64,000 bases of DNA from Candidatus Micrarchaeia archaeon (GCA_041500865.1 JBGQMY010000002.1:14196-78195), one strand, 5' to 3'. Positions 46,672 through 56,449 are shown, counted from the first letter of the stretch. Notes: generated from the letters alone by a model not told the origin. A program made the numbers and translations.

Positions 46672-47754
46672 ATGGCTAAAATCGGTGCATTGCTTGTTTT
46701 GGCGATATGCCTAGCTTCATTCGCCCATGCTGATGCCGTCCCGCTGCCATTTAGCTGGTCCAGCTATGTGGGCGAAAGCCAATGGAACGTAATCGCCACC
46801 GAAGACGACAGCTCCTGCGGAGGCCACATCAGCCACACCCAGTATACCATGACCATGCAGCACAACCTGACCTTCGCGGTGATGGGAAACGTCGGCCATG
46901 GCAACGTCAGCGGAACGTTTGAAGGCAACACGCTCCACATCAAGAGCAGGGTCGTGCCGGACTCGGGCGGAGAATCGACGCTGTCCGCATACGACGTTGT
47001 GTTCAGCTCCGACTGCTCAAGCTTCACCACCATGTATTCCTGGGACTACAGGGGCCGCGGCTCGTGCAGCGGCACCACCAAACTGGACGGGACAAGCACC
47101 AAGACCAGCTGCCCCGCGCCCACGGTCGTGCCCGTGATTCCGGAGGTCGCGCCGCCAACGACGGAGTCGCTGAGGGGCGAGATTACCGATGCGCGCGAAG
47201 ACCTCCAAACCACACTGGAGTCGCTTAAGATGATGAACGGCTACCAGGCGGCAGTCAACGCGGATAACAATGCGCTCCCGGAGTTCTCCGATGAGATGAA
47301 AGCCAAGGCCAACGAGGAAAAAGCCCGGTATGATGCGCTTGAGCCAAAGGTCGAAGCCAGGTACAAGGCCATACTTGACAAGGACCCGAACAACTTCTGG
47401 GCGAACTGGGACATGGCGGAGCTGAGGAAGAAGCAGGGGAAATACGACGAGTTCTTCGCGTACGTTGACACTGCGGCAAGCAACAAGAACCAGTTCGAGG
47501 GCACGAAAAACGTCGAGCTTGAGACGAATATCGCGCATGATTTGGGCCTGTCGAAGTTCCCGACGGTTGACAACAGCAGGGTGGTCAAGACAATCAGCGA
47601 CGAGACCGGCAGATGGACCGGCGGGATGATTTACAACGTGAATGTGCCTGCCAAGGACAAGGGCACGATTGACACGCTGCTTTACACCGTGCTTTCCGAA
47701 AGGGCCTATAACTTCGTCAACCGGGTCGCAGGCCTTCCTGGTGATAACAAATGA
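46672..47754 (+). CDS. Secreted protein with N-terminal beta domain and TPR
   Basis: Signal peptide (AHA), paired Cys, ILDKDPNNFWANWDMAEL.KKQGKYDE TPR. Confidence 0.75.
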   Translation: MAKIGALLVLAICLASFAHADAVPLPFSWSSYVGESQWNVIATEDDSSCGGHISHTQYTMTMQHNLTFAVMGNVGHGNVSGTFEGNTLHIKSRVVPDSGGESTLSAYDVVFSSDCSSFTTMYSWDYRGRGSCSGTTKLDGTSTKTSCPAPTVVPVIPEVAPPTTESLRGEITDAREDLQTTLESLKMMNGYQAAVNADNNALPEFSDEMKAKANEEKARYDALEPKVEARYKAILDKDPNNFWANWDMAELRKKQGKYDEFFAYVDTAASNKNQFEGTKNVELETNIAHDLGLSKFPTVDNSRVVKTISDETGRWTGGMIYNVNVPAKDKGTIDTLLYTVLSERAYNFVNRVAGLPGDNK

Positions 47755-48185
47755 AAAACACGTGTTTGGGCTTTGCGTTGGCGATAGCCATGATATTCGC
47801 CGCAGGCTGCTGCGGCTTACTGCCCCAGCCGGCTGCTTCCAATGCGACGGTCGTCCACAATGCGACAAACCAGACGCCCGTGTGCGGCAAGGAGTGTTTC
47901 GTTTCCGCCGCGAATGCGTGCAGGAACGCCAGCATGCTGTTTGCCAATGATGCCGGCACCTTCAATTATTCCGTTAATCCAAGGTGCATTTTCACAAAGA
48001 CGCTTTTAACCCTTAATTCCAGTGAGACGCAGGAAATGAAGAACCTTCTGCAGGGAAAGAACATGACTTGCGCATACGAAAAGGGGAAATTCGACCAAAG
48101 GCTGGTGGATTCCCTCATATTCGGCATGGAATACTGCGAAGGCGGCCTTAAAGAGGCGCTTGGCGAGCTGATTGTGTTTTCCTGA
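47751..48185 (+). CDS. Putative lipoprotein / Cys-rich secreted protein
   Basis: ATGA overlap, FAAGCC lipobox-like motif. Confidence 0.7.
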   Translation: MKNTCLGFALAIAMIFAAGCCGLLPQPAASNATVVHNATNQTPVCGKECFVSAANACRNASMLFANDAGTFNYSVNPRCIFTKTLLTLNSSETQEMKNLLQGKNMTCAYEKGKFDQRLVDSLIFGMEYCEGGLKEALGELIVFS

Positions 48186-48189
48186 AAGA

Positions 48190-48378
48190 TTAGCTTCTTG
48201 TGTATTCAATTTTGTATTCGTTCAGCATGTCCGCGACTTCGCGCTCGTCAAACGTGTGCACTTCTACTGTGTCGCCTTTCACAAGGACCTTGTCCCCAAG
48301 CCTCTGGGACATGGCTTTGAGTATGTCGCCTTTTTTCGAGTTGGTTTCATACTCATCAAGGATATACTTCACTTTCAT
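48190..48378 (-). CDS. Small hypothetical protein
   Basis: 62-aa ORF with natural composition and a TATA-like TTATAAA about 25 nt upstream. Confidence 0.6.
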   Translation of the reverse strand: MKVKYILDEYETNSKKGDILKAMSQRLGDKVLVKGDTVEVHTFDEREVADMLNEYKIEYTRS

Positions 48379-48431
48379 GTAGTCATTCGTGCATGGAACT
48401 GTTTATAATAGCCTTGCAGGGCCAGAAGCGG

Positions 48432-49007
48432 CTATGCCTTTAGCAGATTTTCCACGGTTTTCCTTGTTTTCCAATTCACTTTCTTCAGGTAACTTTCCAG
48501 CACGTCCTTCCTGAGCCTTTTTTTCATCTCCAAAATGACATCCGGATGGATAGGCTCCCTGAAACATACAAAATCTATGACCGTCTTTTCCAAATCCGAG
48601 ACAGGGACTGCAATTCCATGGTATTGGACAATATCATAGCCAAAAAACATTTTCGGCGATATCCTCCTGACTATTACGTTTGTTCCCATGACCTGCCTTG
48701 TCCCTTGCCTGGTTTTTCTAGGGGTTATTATCACGGGGTTTGTCTCCTGCTCCCATATGCCCCTGATGGACAGGGCGTCCTGCAATCCATAGTAAAACGG
48801 GGAGAACGCGAATCCCGAAGCGCTTGAATCATTGAGGAACGTGTATACGCCTCTCCCGATCCTGTTAAGCCCGCCTTTTTTCACCAGATTGGAGAGGATG
48901 AGCGAGACGTATCCCCTGCTGGCCTTTTTTCCAAATGCAGCGACAACGTCCCGTGCCTTGAAGAAGGGCCTTTCCGAAAAATGTTTCTTTATCTCCTTTG
49001 TTTTCAT
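48432..49007 (-). CDS. AbiEi-type antitoxin / wHTH regulator
   Basis: L..LVKKG.L.RIGRGVY and VSDLEKTVIDF; ATGA overlap with the toxin gene. Confidence 0.85.
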   Translation of the reverse strand: MKTKEIKKHFSERPFFKARDVVAAFGKKASRGYVSLILSNLVKKGGLNRIGRGVYTFLNDSSASGFAFSPFYYGLQDALSIRGIWEQETNPVIITPRKTRQGTRQVMGTNVIVRRISPKMFFGYDIVQYHGIAVPVSDLEKTVIDFVCFREPIHPDVILEMKKRLRKDVLESYLKKVNWKTRKTVENLLKA

Positions 49008-49648
49008 ACCGAAAACCTCGACCTTAAGACATCCTTAATCTGTTTTATTGACGGCACTGCGCCGGAATATACGATTGCGCTTAGGCTGTCCTTGTCTATC
49101 GGCTCGATGTCCAGGGCTTTTTTGATGATATCCTTTGCTTCGTCCGGGCTGGCGATTGACGAAAGGAAGTATACGTCGTAAATGTCCCGCATCAGTTTCC
49201 TTGAAATGTAAGCCTCGGCCTTTTCCATCAGCATGGGCCCGGGCATTATGGAGAAGATGTCCATTTTTCCCCCGTCTGCGCGCTCATACGGGATTGGCAT
49301 GATGGATTCTTTTTCAGGCATCCTGAAATTCGCCTCGAACCTCACTTCAGAAACCCCGTCGCTTATCTTTGAGAAGATTGTGTTTCCGGTGTCCTTGTAT
49401 TTCACTATTGAAAGGCCTGCCCTTGCCATCGCGTCCCTGAACCTTTTTTCCGACCATTCCCCCTTTTTGAGGTAGAAGTCAACGTCCTCCGAAAACCTGT
49501 TCGCCCCATGGCACCGCCAGATTGCTGTTCCGCCGTGCATGACCGCAGACGGCGCGATTTCGTATATGGCGTCCACTAGCCTGTCCTGCAGAAGCGCGAT
49601 GTCCCTGTGGGCCTTGCGCTTTAGCCTGTCGTAGAGCGGAATTTCCAT
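49004..49648 (-). CDS. AbiEii-family nucleotidyltransferase toxin
   Basis: HGGTAI, RFSEDVDF, EKAEA...RDIYD. Confidence 0.9.
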   Translation of the reverse strand: MEIPLYDRLKRKAHRDIALLQDRLVDAIYEIAPSAVMHGGTAIWRCHGANRFSEDVDFYLKKGEWSEKRFRDAMARAGLSIVKYKDTGNTIFSKISDGVSEVRFEANFRMPEKESIMPIPYERADGGKMDIFSIMPGPMLMEKAEAYISRKLMRDIYDVYFLSSIASPDEAKDIIKKALDIEPIDKDSLSAIVYSGAVPSIKQIKDVLRSRFSV

Positions 49649-49650
49649 GA

Positions 49651-49703
49651 TTTATATAATAAACGAATATTATATAAAACTATCGTTTTGGTTTATTATA
49701 TAA
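49651..49703. promoter_or_regulatory. Inverted repeats over the promoter of AbiE pair 1
   Basis: TTTATATAATA-N6-TATTATATAAA (49651-49678); TTATATAATAAAC (49652-49664) and GTTTATTATATAA (49691-49703). Confidence 0.65.
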
Positions 49704-49786
49704 TAGGGGCATATTACTGGAAACTGGTTCTCCAGCGCCCTTAAAATAAAAGATTGGGGGAGGGGTTTAATCCCCCGCGGCCTTTT

Positions 49787-49927
49787 TCATTCCGCCTTGC
49801 CAGCTTCCATATCCTTGGGGACACTCGGCACGCCCTTTGCCAGGCCTTCCGCCATCTTCATGACTGTTTCGGCCTTTGCGACTTCGCCAGCTACTTCCAT
49901 TGCCTTCGGAACTCTTTTTCTTGCCAT
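49787..49927 (-). CDS. Putative 46-aa protein (not in ORF track)
   Basis: GGTGAT SD, MARKRVPKAMEVAGEVAKAETVMKMAEGLAKGVPSVPKDMEAGKAE*, followed by a G/C hairpin and T-run. Confidence 0.5.
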   Translation of the reverse strand: MARKRVPKAMEVAGEVAKAETVMKMAEGLAKGVPSVPKDMEAGKAE

Positions 49928-49990
49928 CCAAATCACCAGATAAGCCGTCCGGGGGCCTGGTTAAAAACCAAGGCAGACCCCGTTGCCAAA

Positions 49991-50115
49991 GGGCCTTTCT
50001 TTTGCGAAAGAAAGCCCCTGGGGAAAGAAAGCGTTTTTTGCTGAAGCTTTTTCGCAAAAAGCTTCCTGGGTTCAAAAGAAGGCATTTAGGAAAAAGCCCT
50101 GGGGAAAGAAAGCGC
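49991..50115 (+). repeat. Cluster of palindromic repeat modules
   Basis: AAAGCCC(C)TGGGGAAAGAAAGCG twice, GAAGCTTTTT-CGC-AAAAAGCTTC hairpin, 24-bp module identical to 25697-25720. Confidence 0.78.
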
Positions 50116-50250
50116 TTTGCTCCGCAGCGCAAGCCGTGAAACGACATTTATCCAATAAACCAAACTATGCTTTTCTATCATTTTGGTTGATTGGGTAAGG
50201 GGCTCTTAGCTCTTTTTTGTTCGAATATGAGGGAAACCTTAAAAGTACAT

Positions 50251-50607
50251 TCAGTATTTCATGTCAGAAAGCGCCGCGCTCTCCCATAAGGCAAATTCTT
50301 TTTTCATCGCTTTTACTTCTTTTGTGGATATGGGGAATAATTCTTTCAACCTTGATATGCCCACTACAATCGCTCTCCTCATTTTAGGGCTTGGGTTGTA
50401 TATCCAGGTTATGCCCTTGACGCTTACGGCTATCTTGTTGCTTTCTTCCAGGTAAATCAGGATCGCCTTCAGCATGTTTTGGCTGACTTTTTTTGGAAGC
50501 AGCTTCTTGGTTTGCGCTATTGTCACGACGCTGCCTTTTGCGCCCTTTATCGCTTTCTCAACCAATATGACCGTGTCCAGGTCCGGCGAATGCTGTCTTT
50601 TTTTCAT
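50251..50607 (-). CDS. Small winged-helix protein
   Basis: HSP.LDTVILVE...IL.YLEESNKI...KGITWI; GGTGAT SD. Confidence 0.7.
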   Translation of the reverse strand: MKKRQHSPDLDTVILVEKAIKGAKGSVVTIAQTKKLLPKKVSQNMLKAILIYLEESNKIAVSVKGITWIYNPSPKMRRAIVVGISRLKELFPISTKEVKAMKKEFALWESAALSDMKY

Positions 50608-50626
50608 TTTAATCACCAGTTATCTG

Positions 50627-51520
50627 TTAGGATGGGTACATGCCGCGTATCTTATCCTGTATCATCGACACAAGGCGGTTTGCGTTTTCCTCCTTGAGTA
50701 TGCTTTTGTCTATGAAGATAAGGCGGTCTTCCTCAGTTATCCTTATGTCTGCCTTTGCGCCCAAAAACCCCTGGAGCTTTGCCCAATAGCTGCGCCCCTT
50801 TATCGCATCCAGCTTCTTCCTTAGGCAGGACTCGTTGGAAAGCACACGGCCTAAAACGCCTTTCCGCTCCATCTCCAGCAAATCCACTATGTCCCTGTTG
50901 ACCGGCGCCCACCCCTCATCCGAGCCCCTTGTGCACAGCGCCCTTATTTTTTCCGCGCAAAGCTCCTCCATGGAAAGCACGCGGGCCTGGGCAGAACAAA
51001 GGGCTGGATATAAAGAAGGATATATCCTTGAATACGGATCTTCCGGAACCGGCGCTATCGGCGAAAAAGGCATATGCACAAGATCGAAGCACGGGCTTTC
51101 ATCTATGCAGCTTACCGAAAGCTTTACCGGCCTTTTGAGGTATCCCGCGGAATCCATAAGCTTGAGAATGAATATCCTGCCGCCTTCCCTGTGCTTCTCC
51201 GCTCCGGCCGGCCCTGAGTTGTCTATCGCAAAACCAAGGTCCACGGCAAACCTCTCCAGGCCTTCGTGGAATCCTTTATAGCATTTCCTTGCATTTTCGC
51301 TGCCGAAAAGCGAGAAGTCGAGGTCAAAGCTGAACCTGTATGCCGGCATCGAGAAGCATTTTATTATCGCGGTCCCGCCCTTCAGCGCGAAATCAAACTT
51401 TTTCTGTATCTCCGGCAAGGTTGCGGTGAGGATAAAGTCCACGTATATGTAATCGTCCGGGAAATTCTCTTTCCTTAGCCTGAGGGAAAGCTCGTGCATT
51501 GACTCGAAATCAAGCCTCAT
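50627..51520 (-). CDS. AbiEii-family nucleotidyltransferase toxin
   Basis: LKGGTAI, RFSFDLDF, AEKIRAL, RDIVDL. Confidence 0.9.
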   Translation of the reverse strand: MRLDFESMHELSLRLRKENFPDDYIYVDFILTATLPEIQKKFDFALKGGTAIIKCFSMPAYRFSFDLDFSLFGSENARKCYKGFHEGLERFAVDLGFAIDNSGPAGAEKHREGGRIFILKLMDSAGYLKRPVKLSVSCIDESPCFDLVHMPFSPIAPVPEDPYSRIYPSLYPALCSAQARVLSMEELCAEKIRALCTRGSDEGWAPVNRDIVDLLEMERKGVLGRVLSNESCLRKKLDAIKGRSYWAKLQGFLGAKADIRITEEDRLIFIDKSILKEENANRLVSMIQDKIRGMYPS

Positions 51521-52161
51521 TTGCCCATCCTCATTGCAAAAGGCATCATCTTGATGGCCGCCTTGCTCGGATACCCGGACATAATGGTCTTTAGCAGGCT
51601 CTCCTTGCTTATTTCGTATTTTAATGAACGCTCCATCTCCTCCTTTGACACATTTCCGTTTAGATGCAGGTATATATAGTCCGCAACCGTCCGCTCAATG
51701 CTGCTGACATTATACGGTATTCCGCGGTAATCCTTTCTCATTATCCCCAGCTCCATTTTAGCAGCCGTTTTCACGAAAACGGCCTTGCCCAGCATGTCCG
51801 ATTCGATTGGCTTGCTGTACCTCCTGTTGAAGATGTAGTATTCGGAAACCGGCTGGTTTATTATGCCCAGGAGGTATATCGCGGAGATCCTGCCGAAATA
51901 CCACTGGTCGCCCAATACGGTATTGAGGCACCTGCAAAGTATGGCAAAGCGCCCCTCTTTCAGGTATTTCTTTTCCCTTTCGTCCGGATCCAGCACATAG
52001 TAAACGCCCCTGAATTTCTTTATCGGCTTTACCCAGCCGCTGTTGGTCAGGTTTGACAATAGGTTCATGGATTTTTGCCCAGATGCCTCAAAGATGTCCC
52101 TGGATGTGCAGACCTTTTTTTTGTTTTTTATCAGAATTTCAGTCAATGTCCTGACATTCAT
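51517..52161 (-). CDS. AbiEi-type antitoxin / wHTH regulator
   Basis: L.NL..SGWVKPI..RGVYY, WYFG.ISA, SSIERTVADY; ATGA overlap. Confidence 0.85.
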   Translation of the reverse strand: MNVRTLTEILIKNKKKVCTSRDIFEASGQKSMNLLSNLTNSGWVKPIKKFRGVYYVLDPDEREKKYLKEGRFAILCRCLNTVLGDQWYFGRISAIYLLGIINQPVSEYYIFNRRYSKPIESDMLGKAVFVKTAAKMELGIMRKDYRGIPYNVSSIERTVADYIYLHLNGNVSKEEMERSLKYEISKESLLKTIMSGYPSKAAIKMMPFAMRMGK

Positions 52162-52369
52162 TGTTTCACCGTTTCATTTGTTTTACGTTTTATTAAAGAT
52201 AGTATAACCGCAAGGTATTTAAATATGATTGTTCTCAGTCGGAGAACATTAAAACAAATGGTTTTGTTTAAATTATTACATACTAGAATATCCATTCTAT
52301 TTGTTTTAATAATGCCTAGGGGAAGCGGCATAGGCAACTCTTAAAAACCGCCTCTCGCATTAGCTTTCC

Positions 52370-53341
52370 ATGGCAGACAGGAACGTCCAGGAGGTCAAGC
52401 AGACCGGAATGCTGTGGACAATCAGTGCGGCGCTCGGGATAATCCGGGACGTGCTTCTTATTGTCACTTTGGTTGCGGTGATTGTTGGCATGCTGATGAT
52501 AGGGCCGAAACTCAATGCCGCGCTTGGCTCTATGGGCAGCGGCGGGTTTGCCCAGGCAGGCCAGCAATACGGCGGCCCAAACGGAAGCCAGACGGTCGGC
52601 GGGGTCAACATACAGGAAGTCGCGCTAAGGATGAAAGGCGAGGCCGATTCCGGAAACTGGGAGGCCGCGATGGGCGACATGAACATTTTGAACGGAATAT
52701 CCTCGCAGCTGCCTTCCGAGGCCCAGGACGGGCTGCGCCAGCTGGAGCAGGACATAAGGAACCATGACAAGGCGTCGTTTGATGCCCATTTCGACGCCCT
52801 TATGCAGAAATACAATAGCCAGCCGGCCCAGAACGCGTCGCAGTCCGGAAGCTCTCTGCTTGGCTCCATTTTGAGCCATATAGGCGCGTCGGACTACAAG
52901 GCCACGTATGATGTTACGGCGTCCGGGAACAGCTTTGCGATGGTGGAATACGCCAAAAACGGCAACACAAGATATGACATGGACACGATGGGGGTTTCGA
53001 CCGAGATATTCATGGTTGGCGGCAAGACCTATTCCTGCACCCAGCTTTCAGGGGGATTCGTGTGCATGAATTCTGGGGCAGGGAGCGTCCCGGTGCCGGC
53101 ATTGTCGGCCATGGCATCGTCAATATCCAGCTATGCGGTGAATGCCCTTCCGGGGCGGAACATAGCGGGCATTGAGGCGAAGTGCTTCACGCTTTCAGGG
53201 GGAGGAAACAGCGGGGATTACTGCTTTTCGAATGACGGGATATTGCTTTCGCTTTCCACATCGTCGGTTTCCATGACAGCGACAAGCGTCGAAAGGGGCA
53301 TTTCGGACAGCGTGTTTGAGCTGCCGGCGGCGGTGGGATGA
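52370..53341 (+). CDS. Membrane-anchored protein with C-terminal beta-rich (LolA-like) domain
   Basis: N-terminal TM; YKATYDV...Y.KNGNTRYD...GRNIAGIEAKCF...SDSVFELP. Confidence 0.7.
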   Translation: MADRNVQEVKQTGMLWTISAALGIIRDVLLIVTLVAVIVGMLMIGPKLNAALGSMGSGGFAQAGQQYGGPNGSQTVGGVNIQEVALRMKGEADSGNWEAAMGDMNILNGISSQLPSEAQDGLRQLEQDIRNHDKASFDAHFDALMQKYNSQPAQNASQSGSSLLGSILSHIGASDYKATYDVTASGNSFAMVEYAKNGNTRYDMDTMGVSTEIFMVGGKTYSCTQLSGGFVCMNSGAGSVPVPALSAMASSISSYAVNALPGRNIAGIEAKCFTLSGGGNSGDYCFSNDGILLSLSTSSVSMTATSVERGISDSVFELPAAVG

Positions 53342-53415
53342 AGGGGTCGAAGAAAGTGAATTTGGCAACGACGTGCCAATGGGTTTTTAAACGCATAAAA
53401 TAGAGGGATTATCAT

Positions 53416-54267
53416 ATGAGTATTATCAAAAGTTCGTTTGTAGGACAACTTAAAAATAATACCATTTACAATATTGATGCTCTAGAAGGTCTAAAAAAAG
53501 TTCCATCTGAATCATGCCAAATAATCATAGTAGATCCACCCTATTTTCATGCTATAAAAGAAAGCTGGGATAATCAGTGGAAAAATCTTGATGATTATCT
53601 TATTTGGTGTGATAAATGGCTTAAAGAATGCGTTAGAATTCTGAAACCAAAAGGCACAATGTATATCTATGGATTTAGTGAAACATTAGCATATATTTTT
53701 GTTAGATTAAAAACTAATAAAAAATGGTTGATATGGCATTATACCAATAAGACTGTGCCATCTCTTAATTTTTGGCAAAGAAGCCATGAAAGTATAATAT
53801 GCTGCTGGAAAGATGACAGACCTGATTTCAATCGGGATGATGTTAGAATTCCTTATTCAGAATCATACTTAAAAAATGCTGCTGGAAAAATTCGTGTTGG
53901 TACAAGGGGTAGATATGGAAGTGGAAAAGAAACAATTTATACGGCCCATAAAAATGGCGCACTTCCAAGAGATGTAATTAATATTCCTGCTCTTGCTGGA
54001 GGCGCAGGAATGGTAGAAGGTGTAGAGCATCCGACTCAAAAGCCGCTCGCGTTATGTGACATGTTAATCAAGGCCGCAAAAAACAAAGACAATACTGTTT
54101 TGGTTCCTTTTGTCGGCAGTGGTTCAGAGTGTGTTTCTGCAATAAAAAATAATTGTAATTTTATCGGATTTGAACTAAGTAAAGAGTACTGTAAGATTGC
54201 TGAAAAAAGAATCCTTAATGAAATGAAACAAACAAAAATATTAATTGGAATCAATTTGTTTCTTTAA
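53416..54267 (+). CDS. Beta-class N4C/N6A DNA methyltransferase
   Basis: DPPY precedes HPTQKP and PFVGSG; AT-rich. Confidence 0.93.
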   Translation: MSIIKSSFVGQLKNNTIYNIDALEGLKKVPSESCQIIIVDPPYFHAIKESWDNQWKNLDDYLIWCDKWLKECVRILKPKGTMYIYGFSETLAYIFVRLKTNKKWLIWHYTNKTVPSLNFWQRSHESIICCWKDDRPDFNRDDVRIPYSESYLKNAAGKIRVGTRGRYGSGKETIYTAHKNGALPRDVINIPALAGGAGMVEGVEHPTQKPLALCDMLIKAAKNKDNTVLVPFVGSGSECVSAIKNNCNFIGFELSKEYCKIAEKRILNEMKQTKILIGINLFL

Positions 54268-54939
54268 TTTAAGGAATAGATTATCAGTAAATATTACAAA
54301 ACCATTTGAGAGATATTTTAGACGTTTATCAGAAATAAAACGCTTATATGGTTCTTTAAATTCTCCATTGCGTTTTTTAGGCTCTTCTAGATCTTCTCTA
54401 GTAGGAACGAAATATGATATATTTATCCATTCTCCATCTAATTTGGACTTTGGTTTTCTCTCTTTTCTAACTTCTCTGCTTTGACTTTCCTTTTTTACTT
54501 GACAATTAAAAATCTGTTTTTTGTACGTTATTCTGATATCTGCCCCTTGGTGATCTAATTCTTCAGACATTTGAACTGAGTTAGCACCGAATAAGTCTTC
54601 TGCGACATATGCCGCTTGAATTTGTGTTATTATACTCGCCCAAGTCCGATATATTCTTGCAGGTAACCCTTTGTAGAAACATTTTTTACACATCTGGATC
54701 TTAGTTCTAAATGTTTCAAGGTTTTTACTTTTTTCTTTTAAATATCTACTATAAAATTTCTCAAATGGAAGAAAGTTACGTTCTTGCCAATAAACTTGAT
54801 ATAATAAAGATATTGCTTGAATATTTCTATCTAAATCCATCTCTACGATCTTGATTGAACTAAAGTTTTCTCTATATCTTTTGAGATTAACTGATGCTAA
54901 GAATATCTCAAAATTTTCCCTATCCGATTTTTTGGACAT
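54241..54939 (-). CDS. TaqI-family type II restriction endonuclease
   Basis: FE.FLAS..L..Y...IK.VE.DL, GL.AR.YRT..SI.TQ, ELD.QG.D and Q.KKE recall R.TaqI; convergent with the MTase. Confidence 0.8.
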   Translation of the reverse strand: MSKKSDRENFEIFLASVNLKRYRENFSSIKIVEMDLDRNIQAISLLYQVYWQERNFLPFEKFYSRYLKEKSKNLETFRTKIQMCKKCFYKGLPARIYRTWASIITQIQAAYVAEDLFGANSVQMSEELDHQGADIRITYKKQIFNCQVKKESQSREVRKERKPKSKLDGEWINISYFVPTREDLEEPKKRNGEFKEPYKRFISDKRLKYLSNGFVIFTDNLFLKLKKQIDSN

Positions 54940-55164
54940 AGATCGCTATTTAATATGCAATTTATAAAGATAGTACTATAGAAAGTGAATTAACGTTGTA
55001 TTAAATTGCTGGGCTTCTTTCTTGCTGCGAGATAAACGACGCTTCATTCTTAACAAATTCGAATATATTCTAATGACCAGAATTCTTTTTAGTTAGTTTG
55101 ATAACCATATCTTATCAATACTTATCAACAAGAGTTATAAACAATTAGATATATAAAGTTAAAT

Positions 55165-56445
55165 ATGAAATTTGTAGACCTTTTCGCAGGTCTAGGCGGT
55201 TTTCACCTTGCGCTTCGTGATCTGAGTCATGAATGTGTTTTTGCTTGTGATATTAATAGTAATTTAAGGGAGATCTATTATAAAAATTTTGGAATATACC
55301 CTAAAGGAGATATAAGATTAATTAAAGAAACGGATATTCCTTCTCATGATATACTTTGCGCAGGATTCCCATGTCAACCTTTTTCTAAAGCAGGAAATCA
55401 GAATGGTTTGGATGATAAAGAAAGAGGTAGACTATTCTACGAGATATTACGTATAATTAAACACCATAAACCAAAATATGTAATTCTTGAAAATGTCCCT
55501 CAAATCAGACGTCATAATGACGGCAGAACATGGTCTAAGATGGAGAAGTTATTAAAAAAAGAAGGATATGATGTTCGCTGTAAAGATTTATCGCCCCATC
55601 ATTTTGGAATACCTCAGAGAAGATTCAGAACATATATTGTAGCAAGTAAAAAATCTCTTTGTAATTTTTCATGGCCGGATAAATCATCAAAACTAAAAGA
55701 AAATTCGGTTAAAAAAGTTCTAGAAGTCAAACCGCATAATATTTGGAATATACCATCTAGAGTAAGCAATTGTCTTGAAGTCTGGCAAGAATTTCTGGAT
55801 ATTATCCCCAAAGATACAAAAATACCGCTTCCGGTTTGGGCTATGGAGTTTGGGTCTACATATCCATATAAGAAAATAACCCCATTTGTACTTCCATTAA
55901 AACGGCTGAAATATTATAAAGGATCTTTTGGAATGCCGATTTGTGGATCAAATAAAAGATCTGCATTACTATCACTACCATCTCACGCTAGAAGAGAGAA
56001 CAAAAAATTTCCAGATTGGAAAATAAACATGATTGATAAAAATCGGAAATTTTATAATAAGAATAAGCATAGGCTTAGATCATGGATAAAAAAGATTATG
56101 ACCTTTCCTCCAAGCTATCAAAAACTCGAATGGAATTGTAATGGCGATCCAAGAAATATAATGTCATGTCTTGTCCAATTCAGAGCTTCCGGAGTTAGAG
56201 TAAAAAGACTTGATACGGCTCCAACTCTGGTTGCAATGAATTTATCACAAACACCAATTGTACCTTGGGAAAAAAGATATATGACTTTGAAAGAATGCAA
56301 ACGTCTTCAAAGTATGGATTCGTTAAGTTGCCTCCCATCATCCAGAAAAGAAGCTTATAAGGCGCTTGGTAATGCTGTCAATGTAGATGTTGTTAAATTA
56401 GTTACAGAATCGTTATTATCAAATGAAGATCCTATTACTAGGTGA
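55165..56445 (+). CDS. dcm: C5 cytosine DNA methyltransferase
   Basis: DLFAGLGG, GFPCQPFS, ENV, PQRRFR, LGNAV. Confidence 0.95.
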   Translation: MKFVDLFAGLGGFHLALRDLSHECVFACDINSNLREIYYKNFGIYPKGDIRLIKETDIPSHDILCAGFPCQPFSKAGNQNGLDDKERGRLFYEILRIIKHHKPKYVILENVPQIRRHNDGRTWSKMEKLLKKEGYDVRCKDLSPHHFGIPQRRFRTYIVASKKSLCNFSWPDKSSKLKENSVKKVLEVKPHNIWNIPSRVSNCLEVWQEFLDIIPKDTKIPLPVWAMEFGSTYPYKKITPFVLPLKRLKYYKGSFGMPICGSNKRSALLSLPSHARRENKKFPDWKINMIDKNRKFYNKNKHRLRSWIKKIMTFPPSYQKLEWNCNGDPRNIMSCLVQFRASGVRVKRLDTAPTLVAMNLSQTPIVPWEKRYMTLKECKRLQSMDSLSCLPSSRKEAYKALGNAVNVDVVKLVTESLLSNEDPITR

Positions 56446-56449
56446 TTAA

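Noticed and set aside
4534..50198. ORFs crossing repeat clusters (4534-4809, 25702-25920, 49754-50198) and extended starts at 9331, 23646 and 25806
   Set aside because: They translate palindromic repeat or promoter DNA; better starts exist downstream
52194..54975. Shared TAAAGATAGTA upstream of abiEi (52194) and the restriction gene (54965)
   Set aside because: Position fits an ordinary BRE-TATA promoter; two AT-rich copies are too few to claim a regulon
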